63,878 nucleotides of DNA from Octopus bimaculoides. Its lineage: Eukaryota. The notes under the pieces were generated by a model that was given only the letters and a program-made list of their open reading frames with translations, did not search any database and had not been told where the DNA came from. A program made the position numbers and the translations under genes. This document shows positions 27,165 to 40,100 of this stretch, one piece after another; position 1 is the stretch's first letter, and every line of letters starts with the position of its first letter. The stretch lies in NCBI RefSeq assembly GCF_001194135.2, contig NC_068984.1, positions 62,490,495-62,554,372 of the forward strand, read 5' to 3'.

Positions 27165-27310
27165 CGTTCTAAGCTTAAAGTTCATCGAGATCGACCTTTC
27201 CTGCCATTATTTAGGGATCGATAAAATAAGTATCAGCTGAGCACTGACATCGATGTAATCGACTTCCCTCTCTTAAAATTGACAGCCTTGTGTCAAAATT
27301 TGAAACCATG
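27165..27310 (+). mobile_element. SINE family 2 fragment (other copies ~40600-40740 -, 42525-42690 +, 43775-43930 -, 49000-49130 -, 57820-57900 +)
   Basis: Recurring TACGTTCT.AG.TCAAA, GTCGAC.TT, GATAAAATAAGTA and CGATGTAATCGACT blocks. Confidence 0.75.
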
Positions 27311-27544
27311 AAGTAATATTTGCAATTGCATCACAGAACGGTTTTCAGCCTTGCTTTCACTTATTTGTATGAATTCTGTTTTAGTTTACCATAGTGCAGA
27401 AGAGGTGAACACACAACCTTCTGAGAAAGGTGCAAATTTCAAAGGAAAATCATTATAATCGAAGATATTTTTTATTGATTTAATTTCATGGAAATCATTT
27501 CTTTTGGGCTAATTTCAAATTTTAGAAAACTTTATTATTTTATT

Positions 27545-28197
27545 CCTTTATTCTTTTACTTGTTTCACTCATTTCGCTGCAGCCATGATAGAACACCGCC
27601 GTAAAGTGTTTTCGTCGAAGAAATCGCTCCCATAACTTATTCTCTGTAAACCTAGTACTTATTCTATCGGTATCTTTTACCGAACCGCTAAGTTACGGGG
27701 ATGTAAACACACCAGCATCGATTGTCAAGCGATGGCGGGGGAAACAAACAAACACACACACACACACACANNNNNNNNNNNNNNNNNNNNNNNNNNNNNN
27801 NNNNNNNNNNNNNNNNNNNNNNNNNNNNNNNNNNNNNNNNNNNNNNNNNNNNNNNNNNNNNNNNNNNNNNNNNNNNNNNNNNNNNNNNNNNNNNNNNNNN
27901 NNNNNNNNNNNNNNNNNNNNNNNNNNNNNNNNNNNNNNNNNNNNNNNNNNNNNNNNNNNNNNNNNNNNNNNNNNNNNNNNNNNNNNNNNNNNNNNNNNNN
28001 NNNNNNNNNNNNNNNNNNNNNNNNNNNNNNNNNNNNNNNNNNNNNNNNNNNNNNNNNNNNNNNNNNNNNNNNNNNNNNNNNNNNNNNNNNNNNNNNNNNN
28101 NNNNNNNNNNNNNNNNNNNNNNNNNNNNNNNNNNNNNNNNNNNNNNNNNNNNNNNNNNNNNNNNNNNNNNNNNNNNNNNNNNNNNNNNNNNNNNNNN

Positions 28198-28289
<92 letters not shown>

Positions 28290-28410
28290 CGTGTGTGCTT
28301 GTGTGTGTATGTGTGTGTGTGTGTGTGTATGTGTGTGTTTGTGAGCAGTGGACGTCTACACATTTTCCGTCTATCAAATTCACTCACAAGGCAATGGTTG
28401 GTTAGGGGAC
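27545..28410 (-). mobile_element. SINE family 1 copy spanning an N-gap
   Basis: Same blocks as 24781-25150; continues after the gap with TTCCGTCTATCAAATTCACTCACAAGGC. Confidence 0.85.
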
Positions 28411-28561
28411 TACAGAGAAGAAATTCGCACAAGATACTGCGTAGTTGGAATGAAACAAAAACAAAGTGGTTTCGTAGTAAACTGCTTAACTACACTGTCA
28501 TATCTTCGTCTAGCTTCTGAGTAAAAAAAAAATATCTCATAAACTTTCCGGTATGCCTTTT

Positions 28562-29500
28562 AGGTCTTCGTCAGGTATTTCTGACGAAGACCTGTTATAT
28601 ATAAGGTTAGCTATTCAGTACACACAAGAATCATTAGTAGCAACCACAGTGCCGAAATTAACCAGAAGAACTGCAATTTCAAAGAGAAGAGTTGCTGTCC
28701 GTTAGAAAGATAATGTCTTGAAAAAGGAATAGCTTATAGAGCTAAAGTACAAATAAATGGCTAGCAAAAATATAATGCATACACAGGAGCTTCGTTCAAG
28801 ACTAGGGTTTATTCCCACCAAAATTCTTTTCGATACCCCGAAAATAAGACAGCAACAAGTATTGCAAAATATATCTGGCAATTAAAGAAAAATGACACCC
28901 TTCTCTTCAATATCAACTGGAAATTTTGGAGAAAGGAGCACCATATAAACATGGAGTATATAGATGACCAATGAAATGCAGTCTTTGCCTCTCAGAAAAA
29001 CTCTTCATCCTGTTCCAGGATAAATATGCATTAAAGCAAAGACGAGAATTTTTGAATTCCTGCAGGCACTCTACCAGGTCCAAAAGGTCAACTGAAAATA
29101 TACTGTATGGATAAAAAAAATGTTTGACTTTCGAATGTTTTTTTGACTTTCGCATTTGAATTTGGCTTTAACACCTGAAATATAGATATCTCTTAGTATT
29201 ACAATATTGGTACATATTTCGCCTTCATATTTTACATCTGACTTTTAAGAAAGCCTTCGACTGTTTTGCAAATTTTAATTTTGCGGAGGTTAAATTTTTA
29301 CTCATTTTTTACTCATTTTTATATTTACATCATAAATTATTTAAAATTTATATATTTTTAAAATTTATGCATTTATATTACATTTAATTATATTAATTCA
29401 TTGCACCATTTTCTTATTTTAACATTCTATACCAGACAGATTTTAAATATATCTCTATGCATATATACGTTATGGTGTATATATATGTATCTTGATGTGA
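28562..29500 (+). mobile_element. 5'-truncated PLE: GIY-YIG endonuclease (28603-29114) plus T-rich 3' UTR, same group as the 11.1-12.5 kb element
   Basis: KVSYS..NCNFKEKSCCPLER*CLEKGIAYRAKV..AYTGASFKTRVYSHQNSFR..TSIAKYIWQLK..NINW.ILEKGAPY..KCSLCLSEK..EFLNSCRH. The 5' junction is a perfect 13-bp hairpin. Confidence 0.9.
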
Positions 29501-29713
29501 ATATATGTATGTATATATATTTATATATCAACGTATGTATTTATTTGTATATTTGTATGCGTGTCTAGATTTGTGTTACTATGGCATGTATGTATTTATG
29601 TAGATATGTATGTATTGTTATCTATGTGCGTTTGCAAGCTTACTGAAGTATCACATTCGTTAGATATTTTTGGAAACGCCAACTTCCAAATCATTTCTAT
29701 CTCTCTCTCTCTT

Positions 29714-29761
<48 letters not shown>

Positions 29762-29994
29762 ATTTTCTCCTTCTCCTTATAATTTTCTCTTTTTCTTTCT
29801 TTTTTCTTACTTCCACCACTTCTTTTTTTCTTTTTCTTTCTCCCATCACTTATTATTGTTTGATTTTCTTTCCGTTTTCTTTTTCTAGCTTGTAACAACT
29901 AAATTGTATATTTAGAAATACACACGAAGTTTTATGTGTGTATATATATTTACGTGGCTACATATGTATGCATTAGTATACATACATACATACA

Positions 29995-30074
<80 letters not shown>

Positions 30075-30525
30075 TGCAGGCATGTACCAACATTTGTATG
30101 TTTAGAGTATATATAGGTTTTTTGGTATGTGTATGTATTACTAAATGCATATGTTTTCCTATGATATTTGCTATTTGTAAATGTTATTATTTTAAACGGA
30201 CATAACATTCAATATTAATTTTGTTTTACCATTAATTAATTTACCTTCAGTATACAGGATTTTTTCCTTCTACTGAAGCTAATTTTTGATTTAAGGTTTT
30301 CTTCATTTTGAATCGTAATTTTTAATTTCATATAACCAGTTATTGAAAAGACCGTTTGTTGAAAAGCCCAATGAAACAAAACCAATGTAAAGTGTGTATC
30401 TATCAACGTAACTGTATATTTATAAATATAAATATAACCTTATTTTTGTTCCATTCTCAACCAAAACTGTGACGAACGGGAACGTGAAATTCTTAGTAAT
30501 AGTTTCTGCGATTTCTTACCAGCTG

Positions 30526-30576
<51 letters not shown>

Positions 30577-30595
30577 NNNNNNNNNNNNNNNNNNN

Positions 30596-30629
<34 letters not shown>

Positions 30630-31947
30630 TATAAATATAAAGATGAACGTTTGTGAGTGTGTCTGTCGATTTATAGGGAGAAAGGCGACATCATCTACAT
30701 ATAAACTAAAAGTTCATTCTTGTGTAAAATATTCCGAAGAAGACACTGGAATTGGACCCGAATCTCTAGGTGTCCTCCTAAGGACCCTTTTCCAAAATGC
30801 TGCAAACAGTGCACTCACTACTGAGTGTAAGGGAGATAACTCACACAAACACACAAACGCATGAATATGCAGAATACATACATACATATGTACACACGCA
30901 TACATACATATATATGCACAAGCACATACATACATTCATATAAACATATGTGTATATACATGCACGCTGATGCACACTCATGCGCACAAACAAACAGAAA
31001 GAAACGCAGCCCTGATAACAAACATAGTCAACAACTATGGAAGATAATGCATGAAGCAACGAAAATTTTAGAAGAGAAGCATATGAGTGGAAATCGAACC
31101 AGTGAGTTTTAATAAGGCATCAAAACAGAATAACTCTCCCCAGACACAACAACTTTCTGGGAAAACTAAACAAGGAAAATTATTCATAGTCTATTTTTCT
31201 CATTTTACGATGTTTGATCTTCAATTGTCTTTATTATTCTATGCGTAAGAAGTATGCTACACATAGAAATAGATTGTTACTATATATTCCATTTAAATTT
31301 GGGTGTGTGCACATTAATAGCATTATTATATTGTTTTTAATCGTTTTATTCTTATATCTTCGAGCCACCAGGCTATTCGTCTAAGAAAAGCTATTTGTAT
31401 TTTTGTTTGTTGTAATACGTAAGTACAATAAATTATGGTACATATGTTTTTAGCTTTCCCCTAACTTTTATTTAGTTACCTTGTACTACACATAAGCTAA
31501 AGTCCGTGTGATGTTTGCTTCATTTGTAGACTAAAATACTAGAGTTTATATGCGTGCATGAGGCTATTGACCAGAAGGCAACAGCTCTATAGTCTACTTG
31601 AAAGTTGACAGTCATTTCTTCTATATATGTTCAATAATATCTGGGTGAATAACTTTTAATATTCATAGTACAATTTTGGCAGCTTTTTTTAACCCAATCA
31701 ATGATGAGTGTTTCTGCTAGTATATATATATATACTAAATCAAACCTTTTCGAAATAATTTCCACACCTATTCCCGAACACTAACACAGATATACAAAAA
31801 TTATGTAGTTAAGAGTGGCACGACCCATTTACTGTATGCTCCAATCACGGATGCCAATGTGCAGTTTTGTAAATGAAACTTAATTCCTGAACTGATGCTA
31901 CGGTTGATTTCTAAACAATTGTAATATATTGAAAGCATGAAATTAAA

Positions 31948-31986
<39 letters not shown>

Positions 31987-32599
31987 NNNNNNNNNNNNNN
32001 NNNNNNNNNNNNNNNNNNNNNNNNNNNNNNNNNNNNNNNNNNNNNNNNNNNNNNNNNNNNNNNNNNNNNNNNNNNNNNNNNNNNNNNNNNNNNNNNNNNN
32101 NNNNNNNNNNNNNNNNNNNNNNNNNNNNNNNNNNNNNNNNNNNNNNNNNNNNNNNNNNNNNNNNNNNNNNNNNNNNNNNNNNNNNNNNNNNNNNNNNNNN
32201 NNNNNNNNNNNNNNNNNNNNNNNNNNNNNNNNNNNNNNNNNNNNNNNNNNNNNNNNNNNNNNNNNNNNNNNNNNNNNNNNNNNNNNNNNNNNNNNNNNNN
32301 NNNNNNNNNNNNNNNNNNNNNNNNNNNNNNNNNNNNNNNNNNNNNNAAGAAGCAAATCGTCAGATGTATTAATATTTTTTTGTTTATCACTTGTAGTCAA
32401 AGGACTGCCGTCATACTGGAACATCACCTTGTAGGTCTCACCGAAAGATCTACCCCATACTTATTTTAATGCGAATAATTATTCTATATCCCTTTTTACC
32501 GAATAGCAACGTTATGGGAAGTAAACAAAATAACATCAGTTATCAAGTGGTACTAAGGAGTACAAATACAAACGCCACGCACATATACATATATAGAAG

Positions 32600-32756
32600 C
32601 TTCTAGAATAATTCTGTCTATCAGATCCACTCGCAAAAAAAAAATCTATCGGCTCGGGGCTATAGCAGAAGACATTTGCCCAAGGTACCGCGCAGTAGGA
32701 CTGATCACGAAACCATGTGGTTTGGAAGTAAAGTTCTAAACTACACAGCCATGCCT
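32600..32756 (-). mobile_element. SINE family 1 head (tRNA-like plus CORE-like block)
   Basis: Reverse complement starts GGCATGGCTGTGTAG...CCACATGGTTTCGTGATCAGTCC...CTTGGGCAAATGTCTTCTGCTATAGCC. Confidence 0.8.
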
Positions 32757-32912
32757 TTTTGAAAGATAATGTTTTCCAAAATTGTGTTGAAAATGTAGCT
32801 AAAAGTTTGCTAGTTAATGTCTCGTTAACATATACTTCAAAGGGCTTTACTTTAGCGTCAGGTCGGCCGCTGTATATGTAGACTTCACTGTGACATAACC
32901 TGATCTAGATGT

Positions 32913-33060
32913 GGATTAGGGTTAGAGTTTAGAGCTATGCGTTATGGTTAGACTTAGGGCTAGGTTTTAAGTTAGCGATTAGGGTTTAAGTTACGGGTTA
33001 CGTTTTAGGATTTAGGTTCGGGGATAGGGTTTAGGATTTATGTTAGGGGTTAGAATTAGA
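32913..33060 (+). repeat. Degenerate telomere-like (TTAGGG) array
   Basis: About 20 variant units (TTAGGG, TTAGAG, TTAGGA, TTACGG, ATAGGG), all with the G-rich strand on +. Confidence 0.7.
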
Positions 33061-34986
33061 TTGCCTTCTAAAGAGTAAATGGGCAGGTATATCGTACGCA
33101 AAATTGACACCTCTCAAAGTCTATAGAAGAGTAGAAACTCATAATTTTTGGTTATCGGTGTTTCCCTTTACACGCAACCCTACGTCATGCACGTTTTATG
33201 ATAAATAGTTTAGTGTGAATGTCGATATTTTAAGGAATATACGCTATGTGCATAAATGTAGCTAATAAGAACTATATATTTTTAATAACCGTCACAGACA
33301 CTCAAAACAGATAGATGAGTTGAAGCACGTAGTAGAATGTGTCATTTTTTCAGTGTTATAAAGAAAAGCTCGTTGAAGACTGGACCTCACATTGTATGAG
33401 TTCTTGCAAAAAAATTAAGTAGATAAAGACAATCGATAATTCATTTGATATTTTGTACTAATTACAAGTGTCTGCAATCAATATCAACGTCGAGATAATA
33501 TTAGATTCTACGTCTAGAAGTATTACTTGTATTGAACTGAAGCTTTTAACTTATTGAGTACGACACATTAATTAGTGATCACACATCAGACAGAGAATAG
33601 ACAATTATTAAAGAACCGTCTACTACAGTGCTCCGAGTTATGCTACACACACAAGCACAAACACACACACACATACACACACGCGCATACATATACACAT
33701 ACATTCACAAACATACATATAAGTTACATCATATCAAAGTATCTTTATAACGAACCAGTAAGAGAGTGCTTATGTAATGTCATAGCTTGATAGAAATAGT
33801 CATCAAATTTTCCTCAAGCAACCTCTAAAAATGTAAAGGTATATTGGCAATATAGCTCGAGGTACTCTATACCCCAACAAACGGTCATAATTACAAAATA
33901 TGTGAGCATAGGCCTTCTCTGTTAGGGGTGTCCTTGATTAGATAACAGCTACAACAAAAGTAATACAAAGAAGTCATCGGAGTAAAGAAGACCATCTTCA
34001 CTGCATTTCCACTTATAGATTCTACCTTTAGAACCTGATAAGCTATCCAGCTTTAAGACATGACAAATTTTCCCTTAGCAAGAACACCAACTTATTAGAT
34101 AAAGGATAGTCGTTTGATCTTAATATATTTAAGATATCATGCAAACTACTCTAGTTACATGTAGGGCAAATTCCTTTCCAGCGTAGTTAAACTTACAAAT
34201 TTGAGGAGCGAGATTTAGTACTTTAAGAACCTTAGTATGATGATCCAATTGCTTTTCCTTTTTTGTTTCATGTTTAAGTTAATAAATTTTTGTTAGAATT
34301 GGTAGGGGGTGAAATTTATTTTACAAGACCCAAATGTCTGAAGAATACACATACTTAATTTGTTAACCTGCGGAAAAGGAAAAGCAATGCTGATAAATGT
34401 CACAATATGAGTATAAATCACACAGATAAAGACATGAAGAAATTCTGTTATGACCTGCGATCTGACTTTGGACCCATCGTCTTAAAAATGTTATAGATTG
34501 TTAAGGATTCAGAAAGAACGTTAAAGGTTCTGACTAAGAAGTATGTGTTGAACTGATGAGATATTCAATTAATAAACAAATTGCTTTGTTAAATTTTCAA
34601 CAAAAGTATTAATTATTAATGCTGATGATTAAACTATAACAATTATTCATTACAAGAAATTTAATCCTTTAAAATAATAATACAATATATTTGATAAGGG
34701 AAGGGATTAAGTAATTGTGTAATATTTAATGGATTACATAATAATTATGGAATTAGTGTCTCTTAAATACTTTCATTATTTGATTTAAAGTATTGTAATA
34801 TAACAATAATTACGAGTAGCATTAGTGTTTCTTTTAGAAAGAATCACAATTTTACACAAATTTGGAGATTTTATTCTTTACAATCTAGATAGAAAATTAC
34901 TGGCTTTCAAACAACACCTATTAAGTGCTTTTGCTTGTTCTGTATATATAATAGACATTCAAATACCTTCATTCTGGCATCATGTT

Positions 34987-35042
<56 letters not shown>

Positions 35043-35686
35043 NNNNNNNNNNNNNNNNNNNNNNNNNNNNNNNNNNNNNNNNNNNNNNNNNNNNNNNNNN
35101 NNNNNNNNNNNNNNNNNNNNNNNNNNNNNNNNNNNNNNNNNNNNNNNNNNNNNNNNNNNNNNNNNNNNGTGAGAGAGGGAGAGGGGGAGAGAAAAAAGAA
35201 AAGAAGAGAGTGATATACTGTCTCGAAAAATATACTGATATGAAAATGTGTATGCATGCATATTTATCTATCCATTTCCTTCTATTCCTCTCTGATAAGT
35301 GTGTTAGTGTGCGTGTGTACATGAGAAACTGTACCTGCGCGTTAGCGCATACATCTATCCTTACAATGGGGATAGACAGAATAGATACCGGACTTTAAAA
35401 AAAAACGAGGTGTGAGGTCAGTTCGTTCGACCAAAATTTCTCAAGGTCCACCAGCATGGCCGCAGTCTAGGGACTGAAAGCAGTAAAATATAAAAAGACA
35501 TCGATGTAGATATGTGTGTGTATGTGTGTGTTTGTGTATGAGTGTATGTAAAATCCGTTTCTTGCACCCTGTATCAATACACTTGTCCCAAGTTAACTCC
35601 AGCCTCCAACCACTTCGGTCTCTGATCAGCCCTCTACCTCTCTCATAGAAAGAAACAGAAAATATAAGAGATAAAAATAGAGACAC

Positions 35687-35729
<43 letters not shown>

Positions 35730-36280
35730 AAGAGAGAGAAGAGGGAGAATAAGTGTGTGTGTATGTGTGTGTGTTTGTGTGTGCTTGTTTGTGTGTGTGC
35801 GTAATGTCTGGCTGACAAACGTCATGTCCTCTTGTATTATTTCATTAACTTATATTTCCTCGCATCTAAGGTAATGTCAACGTATGTCGGAAAGTCTTCG
35901 CTTCTTGGTTTATTTTGTATGGTGACCCAAACTACGAAACATAAATAACAGTTAAGTGTTCCTCCCATCTATTAGTGACTGAAATGAAGTGTACATTTGT
36001 AGACAGAGTTCCTTGTGTAATAAGACGGTCATTAGACACTACAGGAACACTTTCCATCGTAGATCAGTTTGATAAAAGCTGATATAGACTAAATAACAAA
36101 AGCTCACACAAGATCCTTCTTGTGTGAGCTTTTGTTATTTAGCACTACAATCAACTTGCTAGAAATAACAGCCAAATTTTCTTTCCATTACTTCATACCG
36201 TATTAAATTAAGAAGTTAAGGGACGAAATATTTTGTTGACACGCACTTATATCTATATACATATATTCATTGACATGCAT

Positions 36281-36356
<76 letters not shown>

Positions 36357-36745
36357 TACATGAGCAAGGAGAAAATGTATCACAGAATCAAAATTCCATC
36401 GCTGAAATTCAGAGAACATTAGTAGTAACGAACTAGATGTTGAATTTCGAGAATGAAATCGTAGATCGTCTGGTAGCTTGTCACTTTCCTAATTGCAAAA
36501 CCCATAGATTTTCCGATATTGCAGCTTGGATACCCAGTTGCATTAAGTATAATGTGTGTGGAGAAGTTGTAGTTCTTTTGAAGCAACAGTAAATAATAAT
36601 TCTCTTTCTCACTAACTCTGGATAAAATGTTCATTTTCACTGAATCATTGATCTCATAAACAAAACAAATGATTTTAACAGTCCCACATCTTTCCGGAAG
36701 CTCGTTGTCACACGTCCATGCTATTTGGTATTCACTGCGGAATTC

Positions 36746-36811
<66 letters not shown>

Positions 36812-36816
<5 letters not shown>

Positions 36817-37030
36817 TTACGCATTAGCGAAGGTGGAGATACGGTTTCAGTCGTGTTTGTTTGTTAGTGTGACCGTGGACAAGATATCGCAAGAACCGCT
36901 GGATGGATTTGGATGAGACTTTCAGAGATATTTGACCTCCTGACTGGCACGAACTGATTAGATTTTGGGATCGAACCGGTACCGGACAAGGATTCTGGAT
37001 TATTTTTTATATTTACTTTACATGATTATG
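36812..37030 (+). mobile_element. Helentron/DINE-like non-autonomous element, 5' part
   Basis: 5' hairpin-like TTACGCATTAGCGAAGGTGGAGAT, then GTTTGTTTGTTAG, GGATGGATTTGGATGAGACTTTCAG and ATTAGATTTTGGGATCG, which is typical DINE/HINE architecture. Confidence 0.6.
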
Positions 37031-37059
37031 ATTTTACGTTAACTTTCAAGCCTTCCTCA

Positions 37060-37391
37060 GTTACCTCCCTTTATCTAGAAATAATGGTAATTAAAAAGAA
37101 CACCGCCATTACCACAGATATATATTACAAACACACAGACACACACCAATACTTGAACCTTAAATCGTGCCATCCACCCCATACAAAACGCAACATACTA
37201 TACTGCCTAGCCAGGAGAATATGTACTATTGTAGAGGATATAGAGACCAGAAATCAACGCCTGATGGAACTGAAAGAATTTCTGCTGAAGCAAAAATACC
37301 CATCACGACTCATAGAAAATGGTATTCAGCGGGCTTCGAAAATACCCATACAACAACTGAGGACACCGCAAAGAAAAGACAAACAGGAAAA
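37060..37391 (+). mobile_element. PLE reverse transcriptase C-terminus/thumb (Neptune/Poseidon-like), running into a gap
   Basis: LP(F)LEIMVIKK..ITTDIYYKHTDTHQYLNLKSCHPPHTKRNILYCLARRICTIV..L.ELKEFL.KQKYPSRLIENGI. No stop codons from 37084 to the gap. Confidence 0.88.
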
Positions 37392-38186
37392 NNNNNNNNN
37401 NNNNNNNNNNNNNNNNNNNNNNNNNNNNNNNNNNNNNNNNNNNNNNNNNNNNNNNNNNNNNNNNNNNNNNNNNNNNNNNNNNNNNNNNNNNNNNNNNNNN
37501 NNNNNNNNNNNNNNNNNNNNNNNNNNNNNNNNNNNNNNNNNNNNNNNNNNNNNNNNNNNNNNNNNNNNNNNNNNNNNNNNNNNNNNNNNNNNNNNNNNNN
37601 NNNNNNNNNNNNNNNNNNNNNNNNNNNNNNNNNNNNNNNNNNNNNNNNNNNNNNNNNNNNNNNNNNNNNNNNNNNNNNNNNNNNNNNNNNNNNNNNNNNN
37701 NNNNNNNNNNNNNNNNNNNNNNNNNNNNNNNNNNNNNNNNNNNNNNNNNNNNNNNNNNNNNNNNNNNNNNNNNNNNNNNNNNNNNNNNNNNNNNNNNNNN
37801 NNNNNNNNNNNNNNNNNNNNNNNNNNNNNNNNNNNNNNNNNNNNNNNNNNNNNNNNNNNNNNNNNNNNNNNNNNNNNNNNNNNNNNNNNNNNNNNNNNNN
37901 NNNNNNNNNNNNNNNNNNNNNNNNNNNNNNNNNNNNNNNNNNNNNNNNNNNNNNNNNNNNNNNNNNNNNNNNNNNNNNNNNNNNNNNNNNNNNNNNNNNN
38001 NNNNNNNNNNNNNNNNNNNNNNNNNNNNNNNNNNNNNNNNNNNNNNNNNNNNNNNNNNNNNNNNNNNNNNNNNNNNNNNNNNNNNNNNNNNNNNNNNNNN
38101 NNNNNNNNNNNNNNNNNNNNNNNNNNNNNNNNNNNNNNNNNNNNNNNNNNNNNNNNNNNNNNNNNNNNNNNNNNNNNNNNNNNNNN

Positions 38187-38223
<37 letters not shown>

Positions 38224-38383
38224 TATGCATACATATTAACACTTTACAGTATACTTAGATATGTACATACATCTATACATCGATCTAAGAGAACAGGAAT
38301 ACTACAGGGAGGCTGGAATTTAAGAGAAGAGAAAACCAAACGGTCTCATGCTATTGATTTTAAAATTCCTGAGTAGAACTTAT

Positions 38384-38706
38384 TATTACCTCCACCTTTG
38401 AAACTATTTTGAATGGTGAATTTGCCATGTACTAGATAAGGATAAACTTTTTATTGCTGTTATTGAATTTTCTACAGCCACCTTCACATTCCATGACTAC
38501 CATTGGGATCGATCAAGTACCAGACAAGGATTCTGGATTATTTTTTCCTTATTTTTTTTACTTAATTTTTGAGAGTGGTCGGGTTCGTTTGTGAGAACAG
38601 TCGAGTTTATTTCATATATCCTCATTTTAAAAATTATCCCTGGCTAATCGTTGAGAGGACGTTGGTGTTGCCTTGGCGGAGGTTAGCGCTCTCTGAGTGC
38701 CCTTAT
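38384..38706 (+). mobile_element. Helentron/DINE-like element with subterminal inverted repeats
   Basis: 5' TTACCTCCACC vs 3' CCTTGGCGGAGGTTAGCGCTCTCTGAGTGC. Shares GGGATCGA..GTACC(A/G)GACAAGGATTCTGGATTATTTTTT with 36965-37010. Confidence 0.6.
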
Positions 38707-38714
38707 TATTATTA

Positions 38715-39240
38715 AGGCGGCGTGTTTTAGCACGCCAGGCGAAATGCTTAGCGGTATTTCGTCTGTCTTTCCGTTCTGAGTTCAAATTCAGCCGAGGTCG
38801 ACTTTACTTTTCATCCTTTCGGGGTCGATAAATTAAGTATCATTTGCGTACTGGGATCGATCTAATCAACTGGCCCATCCCATCAAATTTCAGTAGATCA
38901 ATTTCATCAAATTGTGCCCATAGTAGAAAGGATTATTATTATTATTATTAAGGCAGTGAGCTGGCAGAATCGTTAGGACACTGGACGAAATGCTTTGCAG
39001 CATTTGGTCCGTCGCTACGTTCTGAGTTCAAATTACGCCCTAGCCGACTTTGCCTTTCATCCTTTCGTTGTCCATAAAATAAGTACCAATTGAATAATGG
39101 AGTCGATGTAATCGACTCATCCCTTCCCCAAAATGATACTTTTGTATCATCCTTTCGGGGCCAATAAAATAAATAGCAGTCTATGTAATTGACAGATCCT
39201 CTGCCCAAAATTTCAGACCCTGTATATTGTTTTAGAATCA
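38715..39240 (+). mobile_element. Two tandem copies of SINE family 2
   Basis: Both start AAGGC after (ATT)n and share GAAATGCTT..GC..., CGTTCTGAGTTCAAATT, TTTCATCCTTTCG and TAAAATAAGTA blocks. Confidence 0.85.
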
Positions 39241-39549
39241 ACATCATAATGTATCGGAAGATATTAATCATATTGAAAATCTGTGAAGGAAGCTTTTGAT
39301 CACGTGGACAATACTATTCCATGCTATGCATCTTGATTTCCAGTATGATACTGAAGACAGCTGTCTAAATTCTTCAATAAGACAATAATAGCCGTTAGCA
39401 GCATTTGGATTTGTACACTTATAACGTGATGTAAAAATTACCAGTATAAAGGCGACTACACTTCCTATGAAAATTAGAGTATCATTTATGTCTGAGAATA
39501 ATATACCAATACTTAGATTTTGCTGTATGTGTTGTGCTCTGCTATAGAT

Positions 39550-40100
39550 ATTCGTTGCAGTACGTAAATTCAGTAGATTTGTTAGTTACCTCGTAGGTCT
39601 TTGCTAATTAAATGCTTCTTGTGTTGTTCATCATTTTCCCATATCGCGTTATTGTCTCGAAAATTGAGTACTGGTTAATGTGTGTTTTTGTGTCTATTAA
39701 TTAGTATATGAAGTCTGAGCGATTCCACTTCCTGGGCTGATCATAAAGTAATTCCTCACATTTTGTTAGAGCATTACGATATCACTATATATTTGAAAAC
39801 TTTCATATGGCATCATGCTCTGTTATGTTTTAGTATTCATTTAACAGTTTAACAGCCCACTTAAGAGCTAAAATATATAACGGTACCGCATATGTATTGA
39901 GTGTTGTACTTTTGCAAGAAGACAGTTTCCATTGGCCTAATACTCTATTATCTTTTAAGAGATGGCACCTTTATATGACACCATTTGAAGCTATGTATTT
40001 GAAATTCTCATTGTGGCGACGAAAATTATACATCTAAATTCGGTGCAAAGTTCGTCGTTAGAGAAGCACATTTCTGTCTTCAGTTATTTAGTTTGAACAT
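39550..40100 (-). mobile_element. Decayed R4/Dong-like non-LTR retrotransposon fragment (RT thumb)
   Basis: LNTYAVPLYILALKW...SDIVML..PGSGI resembles INTYAVP...W...ADIDRLY..R..GGRG. Many stops. Confidence 0.55.

Noticed and set aside
30615-30830. Helitron-like 5' start
   Set aside because: No matching 3' hairpin/CTAG end was found, and the start abuts a gap.
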